DNA of 64,000 nucleotides, taken from positions 32,001-96,000 of IMG/VR virus record IMGVR_UViG_3300033121_002354. One strand, written 5' to 3'. Of the stretch, positions 9,672-21,300 are shown in pieces. A program made the translations under genes and the position numbers. The notes below the pieces were generated by a model that saw only the letters and a list, made by a program, of their open reading frames with translations, was not told where the DNA came from and searched no databases. Positions within the stretch are counted from its first letter, which is position 1. Every line of letters starts with the position of its first letter. This DNA comes from a virus (lineage: Duplodnaviria > Caudoviricetes).

Positions 9672-10945
9672 CTAACATAACTACCACTACACAGTCAGGA
9701 TATGCTCCTTTAAGCGTTAGTTTTACTTTTACAACTAACAAAACTGTGTCTGCATCTTTATGGAATTTTGGAGATGGAGAAACAAGCACCGAAACCAATC
9801 CAACTCACTACTATACTTGTCCTGGCATTTATTCTGTGTCTCTAGTCATAAATTCAGGTACAGTTGATGAGGACAGCAGTTTTAAAAGCAATTTAATTAT
9901 CGTTTTACACCACAGTCCAACGATGCCAAATGAATCTTGTTGTTTAGGGCCATACGAAATTGATTGCATTGACTGTACATCTGGATCAGGTACTCAGTTT
10001 GTTGACTCAACAAAACTTTACAGAACGTGTAAAAATGTTTCATGTTCTAAAACCTGCCAAGAGATTTATGGCGATATCTACACAATCATAGATGATAATG
10101 ATAACTGTCCTTCTTGCAAGGAATGTTATTTAGAGCACAAAACAACATTAGGCAGAATTTATACAGTAATTCCATCTGCTTGTTCAGTATTTATAAGTGG
10201 ATATGACTTCTCACAGGACTGTGGAGAATGTCTAGGACAAGCTGAAGAGTTTTGTTTTAGTATGGATTTATGTGAACAAAACAGTTCATGTGCAACTATT
10301 TTCTCTTTTGATAATCACACTTTCTCAATTAGAGGTACTAAATCTACATGTACAGACGGATTTGATTGTGGAGATTGCTGGATAGCTCCTAATGCTTTCT
10401 CAGAGAGTGTTTTTGGAAACGTGCCATCAACATCGACCTGTATAGATGAAGAAGAAACAGCCACAACCACCACAGAGACCAGTCCAGACATTTTGTGGCA
10501 CAACATACCATCTGGGGATAGCGGAATAGGAGTTGATTGTAATGCTGAAAACGAAATAACATCAGCATCAGAAGCACAAAGTCAACAACATCCCGTTATT
10601 GACACAATGCCATCTGGCGATGCAATCATTGCATTCGAGGAACGAGTAGACGGAGCTATCAATAAAATATCTTTATCTGAAATAAAAACTACCGTAAAAA
10701 ATTCAGTGTTAGCTTGGAGATCTCATAGTGGTGGTACGCTGGTAAATCAAGGTTCTTTAAGTGGAATAATTACATTTAGAATATACGAAAAAGCAAAAGT
10801 AGAGGTTGGACACGGCATAGGATTTTTAAGTGGTCCATTGGCCGGAAAAACTTACGAAGTTCTTTCTGCTACACAGGTATGGGATGAAAACGATTTTTAT
10901 TGGGAAGTAACATTTAATTCTGACAACCCGTTAGGAGATTCATAA
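9668..10945 (+). CDS. PKD-domain, Cys-rich structural protein
   Basis: GYAPLSVSF...WNFGDGETSTETNPTHYYTCPGIYSVSL is a classic PKD domain. C-terminal part is paralogous to the central part of the 5454 protein. Confidence 0.85.
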   Translation: MTNITTTTQSGYAPLSVSFTFTTNKTVSASLWNFGDGETSTETNPTHYYTCPGIYSVSLVINSGTVDEDSSFKSNLIIVLHHSPTMPNESCCLGPYEIDCIDCTSGSGTQFVDSTKLYRTCKNVSCSKTCQEIYGDIYTIIDDNDNCPSCKECYLEHKTTLGRIYTVIPSACSVFISGYDFSQDCGECLGQAEEFCFSMDLCEQNSSCATIFSFDNHTFSIRGTKSTCTDGFDCGDCWIAPNAFSESVFGNVPSTSTCIDEEETATTTTETSPDILWHNIPSGDSGIGVDCNAENEITSASEAQSQQHPVIDTMPSGDAIIAFEERVDGAINKISLSEIKTTVKNSVLAWRSHSGGTLVNQGSLSGIITFRIYEKAKVEVGHGIGFLSGPLAGKTYEVLSATQVWDENDFYWEVTFNSDNPLGDS

Positions 10946-13900
10946 TATCTGATTTAATCGTAAATGCTGGTAACAACATAACTGTCGCTACGGGAGTTTT
11001 TACACGTACTGCAATTATTTCTCCTGTTAGTGGTACAACCGTTGTTTGGTCTCAACTTTATGGGCCAATCGTGCCCATTACGTCAGAGGACGAAACTCTT
11101 ACTGTTACTCTAAACGATGCAGGAACTTACAAATTTAGAGCAACAGTATCTTGTCCTGCTTGTACACCAGAATCAGCATTCAGTGATGTCGTTGTTACTG
11201 TTGTAGACAATCTGCTTACCGATGTAAGCATAACCGCAAGCAGTGAGTCGATTGACCTTCAAAGTACTACTGTTACTACGCTAACTGCGTCTGTCACCCC
11301 TTCGGCTACTGAGGTAGAAAAATGGGAATGGGTTGAAAGCAGCGGAAATCCAGAATATGTTTTAACCCAAACGCAAAAATCTAGTGATTCAATAATAGTT
11401 TCTTTTAAAGAACCTGGAATATACCAATTTGAAGTTTTTGCAACTTCAAGCGGAATAACTGTAAGTGGTGGCATATCTATTACAGTAAGCGGCAACTCGA
11501 TTACTGAATCGGTCAATCTTCCGTCTTTTCCAACTTCTGATAGCTTATATAATGTTAAGTACTTTGTTTTTGATCAGAATGACACAGGACTATTTGAGCC
11601 ATCAGACATAGACCTGTCAGATGTTTTAAATTTGCCTTTACACACTTACCAATACGGGAACAAGTCTGTTACTGCTCCATGTGCATACCCATCTGTTTGT
11701 ACTGCGAAGAATAACCTTTTAATGATAAACAACGAACAATATATTTTTGTTGTTTATCAAGCATTTGTACTTGGAAAGTGGCAAATTTATTTACGTCAAA
11801 TTCGAATATCAAAACTCGATCAAGAAAATCCAAGATATTTACCACCATATGATTTTGCAGATGGAAGTAGTCCATCTTTTCACTATCTTTCTGAATCACC
11901 ACAAACTATTGTGTATATTCCTGTGGCTTTTTACACAATAAACTTAGGTGACGAAATTATTACTCGCGTTATTTATGAAATGGAAATTGAAGACGGCAGA
12001 CTTGTACTAGAAAGGGATTTTAGCGGTAACGATCCAACATATTTGAACAGAGCAAGAGTTTTAATAAGTTACAGCGGAGACTTATCTTCTTATTGGATAA
12101 ATAACAAAAACACTTTCGCATTTACAAGCGAATTACCAAACCTTCATGGAGACAATATTGTACCACCATTTGATTTGATAAGCTCAATGATTTATGGAGT
12201 ACATCCAGTGCAAAGATTGGGGCAATTTAGTAAATGGGTGTTCTTCGCACAGGCCGGAGATCTGGTTTTTGATGATCCCAACGGGTATGGTTCTGGCGGC
12301 ACAAGTGTTACTCATCCAGTTTTAGTTGCCAAAAGTTCTGGACATTGCACTCGTCCTAAAACGTTTTTAAACGCAAATAACGAGCTAATGGTCGCATACG
12401 AAGACACTGCTAGCGGAATCCCTCAAATAAAAATAACAGGGACTGGAGATTTTTGTGGAGACAGTCTGTACGGACCAACCGGAAGTTATTTAACCAAATT
12501 TTTCCAGTCGTCTGACTTTAAATTTTCACATACAGTAACAAGAGAGGGGATCAACCAGGTTCCAGATATTTTTGTTGATGACTCAAATATAACTCACATG
12601 TGTTGGCAATCAAGTAAAGATGCGGATTGGGAAATTTATTATGCTAACAGCAAAGACTATTTCAATCCAGTTCGAATTACCAAATCAAAAGGAAGATCAA
12701 CGAATCCCAAACTGGCTGTAAATTCTCTTGGTATTTACATAACATACCATGATAACAGATTTGGTGAATATGAAATTTTGGTTTCAAAAAAGCTTCAAAA
12801 TCAACCAACTCCTCTTTTGCAACAAGAAGGATATTTGGCTTCACTAAGAAACGGTTATTCTCATTATATAAATACATTGGAGTTCATTGTAAAAAACACC
12901 AGAAACTATGATACTAATATTGGAATTAAACTAGAGTTCTATGATAATAGAGTGTTTTTTGGCTCAAGGACAGAAATTGTTTCAACAGCATTAAATCCAG
13001 ACAATTTTCAATTAACAGATGATTCGTTTGTGGTAGATTTTGCTACAGGCGTTTTTGTGGCTCCCGGTCATGCACGGAAAGTGCTGTTTGTTGTTGGAAA
13101 TTCTTCTTTCAATTTTAGTCCAAATCAAACATATTTTGTAAAAATTTCATTTGTTTTTCATGACGGCACTGAAGAAGTGTCAATACAGCCAATTAGTTTT
13201 TCGTGTACTACATGCAATATACCAGTAGAAAGTCGCTGGACAAGTTCGGCCTCTGGATATTCGGATATAAGAATTACAGATTCTGCAGGAAACAGCGTAA
13301 GACCAACAATCACCAGTCTAAAAAATGATACAATTCTTATACTGTGGGAAGACTTCAGATTCAGCAACGAAAGTCAAGTATTAGGGGCACTAATAGACGA
13401 CAGAAACGATATTTTAAAATCAAGCGGAAGTCAAAACTGGTTTGATTACAACTACAACATTAGTGGGCTACAACCAAATGTTACAAACGATTTATTTGGG
13501 CGTACCATTACCACTTACAGCAAAACAGGTACTTCTGCTGGTCAACTGCCAGTAACAACAGTTTCTTATAAGCTTTGTGATTTTATACAAGAAGCAACAG
13601 CTCCAAATCAAAATTCTAAAATTTGTGCAGTGCCTTTTTCTGACACACAAAATACGGAAGATTCCCAAATCTATAACTTGGCACGCATAAAAAGAGCAGA
13701 TATTAACTACTTTACCATAAACAATGATTCATCTTTTACGCCTGTTGTATCAAAACGAAATATTAACATAACACTAATTGGGTCGCCAGATTTGGTTGCT
13801 TACAGGGTAAAAAACGAAAATGATACTGTTTATGGTGAATGGATCAATTTTAGTCCAGAAATAAACAATTACACAACAGAATTTAAATGGGTTTTGTCTC

Positions 13901-14514
13901 CTAATTCTGGAAGCAAAACAGTATGTATACAAACAATTACTTATGCAGGCAAGACAACCCCCATAAGTATAAACGTCATAGCCGACTTTGTTAAGCAAGA
14001 ATACAGTATTGAAATCACTAAAGAAGATGACTCTTTATTTCCTGAATATAATGGTCGTTTTGTGGTTTCTCCATTAACAAGTGATAGTATAAAAGTAAAA
14101 GTAAAGATTTTTACTCAAAATGAGTTAACACAACCACCAGTTTTTGATGTTGTTCACCAAGGATTTGCTAATCTAGCTAACATAACGACAGAACTTGTAG
14201 ATAGTTCAGACTCTTTTGTTTATGTTGGATATTTTACTTTATACAAAGAAGATGGCAAGCTTTTCAAAGATGGTGTTGCTCAAATAGTTTTAAGATTTTT
14301 TGATACAACCGAAGTTAAAAAGTCTGCAATTCAAAAAGACAATTTTAACGTATTTTCTGATATTACACAAACAAACTCCACGGATGACTTAGAAGCATAC
14401 AGAAATCAAACCAGTAATTTGATAGGAATACAGCCTGACAGTCGATATTTGCTGGAAGATCCATATTTTGCCTTTGGTGATCCTTACTATATAAAGAAGG
14501 AGAACTTACAATAA
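10945..14514 (+). CDS. PKD-like x2 + beta-propeller + Ig-like structural protein (ORF track start 11071; frame open from ATA at 10945)
   Basis: Upstream extension ISDLIVNAGNNITV...VWSQLYGP completes the first PKD-like domain (GTYKFRATV; second domain GIYQFEVFA). Propeller blades paralogous to the 5454 protein. Confidence 0.8.
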   Translation: MSDLIVNAGNNITVATGVFTRTAIISPVSGTTVVWSQLYGPIVPITSEDETLTVTLNDAGTYKFRATVSCPACTPESAFSDVVVTVVDNLLTDVSITASSESIDLQSTTVTTLTASVTPSATEVEKWEWVESSGNPEYVLTQTQKSSDSIIVSFKEPGIYQFEVFATSSGITVSGGISITVSGNSITESVNLPSFPTSDSLYNVKYFVFDQNDTGLFEPSDIDLSDVLNLPLHTYQYGNKSVTAPCAYPSVCTAKNNLLMINNEQYIFVVYQAFVLGKWQIYLRQIRISKLDQENPRYLPPYDFADGSSPSFHYLSESPQTIVYIPVAFYTINLGDEIITRVIYEMEIEDGRLVLERDFSGNDPTYLNRARVLISYSGDLSSYWINNKNTFAFTSELPNLHGDNIVPPFDLISSMIYGVHPVQRLGQFSKWVFFAQAGDLVFDDPNGYGSGGTSVTHPVLVAKSSGHCTRPKTFLNANNELMVAYEDTASGIPQIKITGTGDFCGDSLYGPTGSYLTKFFQSSDFKFSHTVTREGINQVPDIFVDDSNITHMCWQSSKDADWEIYYANSKDYFNPVRITKSKGRSTNPKLAVNSLGIYITYHDNRFGEYEILVSKKLQNQPTPLLQQEGYLASLRNGYSHYINTLEFIVKNTRNYDTNIGIKLEFYDNRVFFGSRTEIVSTALNPDNFQLTDDSFVVDFATGVFVAPGHARKVLFVVGNSSFNFSPNQTYFVKISFVFHDGTEEVSIQPISFSCTTCNIPVESRWTSSASGYSDIRITDSAGNSVRPTITSLKNDTILILWEDFRFSNESQVLGALIDDRNDILKSSGSQNWFDYNYNISGLQPNVTNDLFGRTITTYSKTGTSAGQLPVTTVSYKLCDFIQEATAPNQNSKICAVPFSDTQNTEDSQIYNLARIKRADINYFTINNDSSFTPVVSKRNINITLIGSPDLVAYRVKNENDTVYGEWINFSPEINNYTTEFKWVLSPNSGSKTVCIQTITYAGKTTPISINVIADFVKQEYSIEITKEDDSLFPEYNGRFVVSPLTSDSIKVKVKIFTQNELTQPPVFDVVHQGFANLANITTELVDSSDSFVYVGYFTLYKEDGKLFKDGVAQIVLRFFDTTEVKKSAIQKDNFNVFSDITQTNSTDDLEAYRNQTSNLIGIQPDSRYLLEDPYFAFGDPYYIKKENLQ

Positions 14515-14541
14515 ATTTGTAAATAATAGCCTTCCATTGGA

Positions 14542-16140
14542 TTGTTTGTCGCAATGAACATTGTATACGCCCCCAATTTAGTTAGTCCATTAGGAAATGA
14601 AACTTTTAACTTTGGTCAAGTTAACATTTCTTGGAACGTCATTGATCCACCAACTTCCGTAGAAACAATTGAGTTAACCGATATTCATTACGAAATAGAA
14701 TATGCTGACGAATTCAAAGAAGAAAACACTGTATGGCACACCATCACAAAAAGAGTTCCAGGTACAAGCGATTCGTTTACTTGGACAGTCGGAAGAATGA
14801 TCAAGACAGAAAATGCCAGAATACGAATAAGGGCCAAGTCTGAAACACTTAATCAATTTTCAGAGTATAGCCAATCAGTAGAAAATTTTACTGTAAATAT
14901 TCACAAAATATCTCCACCTGCTATTATGGCACCAATTTCAGGCAAAAGCTATTCAGATTATGTAACGATTATAATTGATAATAGTCAAGTCATAAACACA
15001 TACAATCAGAAAACCTTGTACAATTTAGACTACTATTCTGAAAAAAATGGGATAGAGTGGACTTCAATCCTTTCTCATTTTTCTGCGGGTGTGAATGTTG
15101 TACGCTGGAACATTGATTCTCTTCCTGCTGGAGACGATTACCAGTTAAGACTTACAGTACACGATGACCAGAAATTGCAAACTGCCATAGTTATCGTTGA
15201 CAATATTAAAGTGTCCAACCCTGGATTATTCATCATAGATACAACTCCACCACAAGCAGTTATAGAATTAAGCGATTTTACATCTTTTGCTACCAACAAA
15301 CTAGACCATGTAATCAATGTCTACGCAGAAGACGCATCAACAGACATAAAATCGTTACAACTCAAGGAAACAAAAATAAGTTCATTGCTAACTCTCGGCC
15401 CCATAACAACTACAGACTCAACAGAAACTGACACAACGACTGATCCTTGTGATTTTAGTCCAATTCCTTCAGTTTCGTTTACTCCAAAAGTACCTTGGAC
15501 TTTTAAAGATGAAAGTGGGCAGAAAAAATTAGAAGCTTTGTTAGTTGATTATGCTGGCAACAAATCGTGTACAAAAGAAGACGAGGTTTTTATCCCGATA
15601 TATCGCGGGACCATAACCTTGACAGATGTTGTAGTAACAATAGAAACCGTATCAAAATTAACAGTCGCTAATGGGCAAACATCCTTGTCTAACATTGAAG
15701 TTGAATCTGCTTATGTAGGACGGTCAGATGGAGCTTTATTAAGACTTTCACCATCTCCTAAAGTGGCATATACTTTTAATGACGAAATTACGTCTATTGT
15801 GCTTTTTAACGAGCTTATTTTTGTTGCGACATACAACAATGATTTAGATGAAAGCAATTTATATTCATATACATATACACAAACTCCTACCCTAATTGAG
15901 ACATTTACAGATCAACAATCCAAAATAACTTCTATGTCCACTTTTAACAATGTGCTGTACATAGGCATGTCCAACGGAAAACTTGTGCAGTTTGACAATT
16001 CTTCTTTTTCGACAATTCACACTTTTGACAATTCGATAAAGGTGTTAAATGGAGATGAAAGGTATTTATATATAGGATTTTATACGAGCGATAATTTATA
16101 TACTTTTGACGGAACTAATTTTTATGAGTTAACGCTATGA
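14542..16140 (+). CDS. Ig/FN3-like + beta-propeller structural protein (start may be ATG 14554)
   Basis: LVSPLGNETF...ISW...YEIEY...ARIRIRA; IDTTPP...AEDAST...LVDYAGNKS Ig-like domain; C-terminal propeller blades (ITSMSTFNNVLYIG). Confidence 0.8.
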   Translation: MFVAMNIVYAPNLVSPLGNETFNFGQVNISWNVIDPPTSVETIELTDIHYEIEYADEFKEENTVWHTITKRVPGTSDSFTWTVGRMIKTENARIRIRAKSETLNQFSEYSQSVENFTVNIHKISPPAIMAPISGKSYSDYVTIIIDNSQVINTYNQKTLYNLDYYSEKNGIEWTSILSHFSAGVNVVRWNIDSLPAGDDYQLRLTVHDDQKLQTAIVIVDNIKVSNPGLFIIDTTPPQAVIELSDFTSFATNKLDHVINVYAEDASTDIKSLQLKETKISSLLTLGPITTTDSTETDTTTDPCDFSPIPSVSFTPKVPWTFKDESGQKKLEALLVDYAGNKSCTKEDEVFIPIYRGTITLTDVVVTIETVSKLTVANGQTSLSNIEVESAYVGRSDGALLRLSPSPKVAYTFNDEITSIVLFNELIFVATYNNDLDESNLYSYTYTQTPTLIETFTDQQSKITSMSTFNNVLYIGMSNGKLVQFDNSSFSTIHTFDNSIKVLNGDERYLYIGFYTSDNLYTFDGTNFYELTL

Positions 16141-17309
16141 TAGAATTTTATTACACTAGTCTTGTTGAAAAAAGTTCTCAGAGTACTCCATCAAACAGTA
16201 TTGGCGGACACATTAGTACCAATACTGTATACACAGAAAACGCTATAACTGCAGATGTACAAACTGATTCTGCAGATATTGCCCTGACTACTGCTCCCAC
16301 TAGCAGTGGATATGTCAATATTGACACAGAGGTTTTGTCATTTTCTTCATTCGAAAATACGCAATTAAGCGATTTATCTCGCGGCATAGGGACCGGAATA
16401 TTTCCTCATGACAATGGTAGTTCTGGTTATATTTTGAGTGTAGATAATTTGTTTGATGAAAAAAATAATTCTTTAGTCCAATATAGGTGTGTTGTATTAA
16501 AAAACACCTCAATTGCATTAAGTAGTCTTAAATTGTTCATGTTACAAGAAAATAGTAACAACCCACAAATTGATATAGGAATAGAAGTACCGAAACACCA
16601 AAAAATAACAGGAAGCATTACATCAATTACATCTAGTACTAGCATCAAAGATACATCACTCAATGGATTATATGAATCCGATTTTCTGTCTGGTTCGATA
16701 TTGACGATTTTAACCGGCACAGCAGCAGGACAATATGTTGTTATAGACACAAATAGCAGTGATGGCACAATCAACTTTTCTTCGGCTATTACAGGACTGA
16801 CTGTAGGCAATACATACAAAATTGATCCGGCTCCATCGCAAAGAATTATAAACGGCATAACACAACCTTCGTCAAATAGTGGGTTGTTTACAGGTTTTTC
16901 TGGTGATGGTGGGATTTTAGAACTTGATAACTTTTTAGAGGATTCGATTCTTTATATCTGGATAAAGAAAACTTTAACAGAGAACAAAAAAGCAGAAGGC
17001 AACACTTCTTCAACAATTTTGGCTGGTTATGTACCACAAGGAATTACGGTTGTCAGCGTTTCTATAACTGGAGCATTTGAATCTTTGTGGACATTTTCAG
17101 ATGCGGTTACAGTAGTTGATGCGAATGGTGGAGATTTTTATATTGATGCTGAAGTATCTCAAAGCATTACTGCGGTTAATAGTACGCAATTACAGATTGT
17201 CTTTTTTGATCCAGTTGAAGGGTTAACAACATGGACAATTACAGAATTGGCATCTGTAGTTGGTGTAAATAGTGACATTATTACTCCTCAGTCAGGAGCA
17301 ATAACATGA
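16137..17309 (+). CDS. Putative phage structural protein
   Basis: SIGGHIS...NLFD...YRCVVLKN...IWIKKT pattern of the kind seen in tailed-phage structural hypotheticals; Ser/Thr-rich. Confidence 0.65.
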   Translation: MIEFYYTSLVEKSSQSTPSNSIGGHISTNTVYTENAITADVQTDSADIALTTAPTSSGYVNIDTEVLSFSSFENTQLSDLSRGIGTGIFPHDNGSSGYILSVDNLFDEKNNSLVQYRCVVLKNTSIALSSLKLFMLQENSNNPQIDIGIEVPKHQKITGSITSITSSTSIKDTSLNGLYESDFLSGSILTILTGTAAGQYVVIDTNSSDGTINFSSAITGLTVGNTYKIDPAPSQRIINGITQPSSNSGLFTGFSGDGGILELDNFLEDSILYIWIKKTLTENKKAEGNTSSTILAGYVPQGITVVSVSITGAFESLWTFSDAVTVVDANGGDFYIDAEVSQSITAVNSTQLQIVFFDPVEGLTTWTITELASVVGVNSDIITPQSGAIT

Positions 17310-18340
17310 TATACATATCCAACTTATTAGGGCTTTGGCGTTTTAATAACAGCATGTCAGACGAAGCACTGAACAACGATTTTGTTCTAAACAATGACAA
17401 CTCTTCTTCACTGGGCATATCTGTTGCTGGCTCTTTTGACACAATTAGCAAATATGACATATTTAAAAGTAAAAATGTCAACACTAAAGCTCTTGTACTA
17501 GAAGATGTTTCTTATGAAGCTACTGATACTTTGATAAATGAAGATTTTACTATTGCTTTTTGGTATAAGTCTGAGACAGTTATTGGTTTCACAAGAAACA
17601 TAATCTCTAAAGATTTAGAAACAAAAACGGTCCCTATTATAGCAAAATCTGATAAGACGACCAATGATTTAAGTGAATCTGTTACAAATTGCTCTTTTTT
17701 TGTAATAGAAAGATCGCATTCTTCTACGGAAAATCAAATTGCTGTAGGAACAAGTTCTACAGGAACCAATATTGTATATGCTTATTCTTCTCCATACACT
17801 CCCGGAACTCACTTGGTACTTATAACATATGATTCTTCTAACAACAGGACAAGAATAGACATTGATGGCATTGAAGGAACTTGGACGAATACAGCAGAAT
17901 TAAATGTATCTACATCAACATTGAAAATAAATTCTATAAATCCAAACTATTTACACCATCAAGCAAGTGGATTAAGCAGAGCTATTTCTGAATTATATAT
18001 AAAAAAGGAAATTGCCAAAACACATGAGTCCAGCAGATTATATACATATGGCATAGATTATGTAGTTGACAAAACGTTGGCTCGAATGCAATTTGCTAGC
18101 TTTCCAATGCTTTTAACACAACCAAGTACAATTACTACAACCAGAATTATTGCAGAAGGAAGCAACATATATGCCGCCCGAAGTAATGGTGTCCTGTTAA
18201 AAGGAGCACAAAACTATTGGGACACAGAACTAACCTTTGATTCAAACAAGAAAAATACCCTTTTAAATAAAAGTGATACAGGTACAATATCCTTTGCTTC
18301 TGATGGAGTAACCGTAAATGGAGCGATAATAAGCATATAA
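17306..18340 (+). CDS. LamG / concanavalin-A-like domain protein
   Basis: LLGLWRFNNS, FTIAFWYK, HLVLITYD, RIDIDG, ISELYI. Confidence 0.7.
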   Translation: MIYISNLLGLWRFNNSMSDEALNNDFVLNNDNSSSLGISVAGSFDTISKYDIFKSKNVNTKALVLEDVSYEATDTLINEDFTIAFWYKSETVIGFTRNIISKDLETKTVPIIAKSDKTTNDLSESVTNCSFFVIERSHSSTENQIAVGTSSTGTNIVYAYSSPYTPGTHLVLITYDSSNNRTRIDIDGIEGTWTNTAELNVSTSTLKINSINPNYLHHQASGLSRAISELYIKKEIAKTHESSRLYTYGIDYVVDKTLARMQFASFPMLLTQPSTITTTRIIAEGSNIYAARSNGVLLKGAQNYWDTELTFDSNKKNTLLNKSDTGTISFASDGVTVNGAIISI

Positions 18341-21300
18341 TGTCTACTACAATCAATAATATAAGAATAAACAATGTAGATCCAGAGATCGTTGATGTAT
18401 ACACAAAATTGCATCCATTTTTCTCTTGGGATTTTGAGTCTAACGCTGCAAGTATTGCACAGCACGCTTTTGAAATAAAAATAGGTACATATAACAGATA
18501 TGTTGGTAGTGAGCTTTTTGAGGGGAATATAGTATCATCTGTTGTTGAATCTACTGTTTCTAGTTATGAATATACAAACTACGATCTGAAAAGGGGCACA
18601 ACTTATTACGGACAAGTTAGGGCATGGGATTCAGAATTCGTATTAGATGTTGATACCAGTCAAAACAGAAAACACCTTTCTAATTGGTTGACTTTTTCTT
18701 TCAAAGTTAATCAACTGCCATATGTTACCAACGCAAAGATATCACCAAGTCACCCATTTTCTTCCGAAGATTTATCGGTTTCATACAAATATATCGATGC
18801 CGATAGTCATGAGGAATTTGGCACAAAAATAAGATGGTATAAATTTGGTGTACTACAAGAGTCATTTAATGATCTTCAAACGCTTCCAAGTAAAAACATA
18901 ACCATTGGAGACACTTGGAGTGCAAAAATAATTCCTTTTGACGGTCTTGAATATGGAGTCCCTTCAGAAACAAACGCTGTAGAGATAGAGTCTTCTCCAG
19001 CAGAATTTACTACTCTCGAAATACTCCCCGCTGACCCAAACATTCACGATCTACTGAAAGTCAATTATGAATTTGATAATTCAAATCCATATCTCAATCC
19101 AGATAGCGTTATAGTAGATTTTGTGTGGTACGTTAACGACGTAGAACAAACGGAGACCGGACAAACTGTTAGATTGTCATTGGCAAAAGATGATGTCGTA
19201 AAAGCAAAACTAAAAATATCGTATTTAGGGTCTATTATTTCAGAATCCGAAACAGACGAAGTAACAATATCTGATGCTTCGTGGAAAATTTTTGATTTAA
19301 AAGTGAACGGTTATAAAGAGCCAATAGGTTTAACAGATTTAGCTCCTTTAGTGACATGGAAAGTATTTAAGTCGCAAGAAACATCAAAAGAGTTGCCAGC
19401 TTATTTCAGGCTTCTTATAACCAAAACTCCATCTTTGCAAACTCCCGTATTTGATACTGGAGCTATAGAATACACAACGAACTCTTATCAAATAGAAGAC
19501 CTTGATCGTGGACAAACATATTTCGTCCATGTTGGTGTTGGTGATACTAGCAGCGATCTATTGTATGAAACAATAGAAATTGTCACAAGTGGATCATCTT
19601 GGAAAGAGAACGTACTAAACAATGTTGGTTGGACTGTCGAGTTTAAATTTAAGTTAGTAGATTCAGCCGATACAAATTTTCAATCTGTCTCTATTCATGA
19701 CGGAACAAAGTTCTGTTTGCTTTCGCTGTACAAAAACAAAATCAAGTTCTTTTCCGTAGATGAATATGAGTATGACATTCCAACAGAAAATCCATTTACC
19801 GAATTTCAGGTCGTAAGAATCACAGGATTTAATAGCGATTGCCAATTGTATTTTAATAACAATTTAGCCCTCGATTTAAGTGGCAAACTAAATTCTTTAT
19901 CACAAGCAAAGAGACTAGAATTTGGAGATATGAATCCTGCCATTGCAACTTCTGGAGTTTGGAGCTTTTTTAGATATTCTACTTCTGGAGCATTCAACGT
20001 AGACACTCTTAGTGATGATAACGATTTTGATTTTTATGAAGTAGTAAACATTCAAAATGGCTCAATCGAAGATTTCAAGAACGGCTTTATCGCTTGGAAT
20101 CCAGATTCTTCGAGTGATTCCTCTGTAATATTTACTCTGAATGAAAATTCAAAAGAGGTAGTACTCCCAACTGTTAATCGCAATTTTTCTCCTATAACAT
20201 CCATTTTTATAGACAAAAACAACAACAAATATATAGCAAGTGCTAACGGCATAAGAGCACTGTATGGTTCCAAACATGAACCTGACTACTTTTTAGACAC
20301 AAGTTTGGGCACTCTGACCATATCGGACTTCGATGTAATTTCGAACATAGAAGAATCTGATCTAAGTGATGTTCAGTATTTTTCTAATGATTCTTTGTAT
20401 ATTGATACGACCGCAAGTAATATAAATGAATACGATCCATCATCTGTATCTCACACTATTCACTATTTGTCACAAAGAGCACCTGGACATAAGTGGTTTG
20501 ATAACGTAGATAACGCTAAGGGATGGCAAGTTGAGCTGACTTTTAATCTTTTAAAATTAGAACAGGAGCCATTCGTAGAAGATGATCTCACCAAGGATGG
20601 AGTGGGAATCTATATAAATGATGGAGCCCACCAAGAAACTATAACTTTTTCTCAAAATTCCATCACGTTACAAAATGCAAACATTTTTGTGAATGTGAAT
20701 GCAAGTCTAACTAGAGTTTACAGAATTGTTGGTCAAGGGAATAACATAAAAATATATCAACGACTTGCAAGTGTTTCTGCTGGAAACGAACAATTGCTGT
20801 TAGACGGGACTGGACTTTTTACAGAAACTGCTACACCGGCAGCAAACAGCAGAAAACCAAAAATGGCAGTTGACAGTGACAACAATTATCACGCTGTATG
20901 GGGAGATGATTCTGGCGGAAAAGGTTCAATTCTTTATTCTAAATTTAGTGGAGGTGAATGGGGAAAAACCGAAGTCGTAGTAGAATCTGCAGCATTTACT
21001 CTCAAAAATCCAGATATATATATAAACACCGACAATAACATCTATGTTGTTTACGAAGATTTGTCTTATAACCGTCCTGAAATAAGTGTGAGCATAAAAG
21101 ACACTGTAGGATGGAATCCAAAAATACGATTAACAAGCATAAATTCCAAGAAGAACGGGCCAAAAATTACCGGAGACAGTTTTGGGAATATTTATGTTGT
21201 ATGGGAAGATGACCGAAATGGACACTCTGAACTATTTTGTGCAATCCGCAACAAACAGTTGTTAGCTTGGAATTCTAGTGCTCAATTTGGGAATGATACA

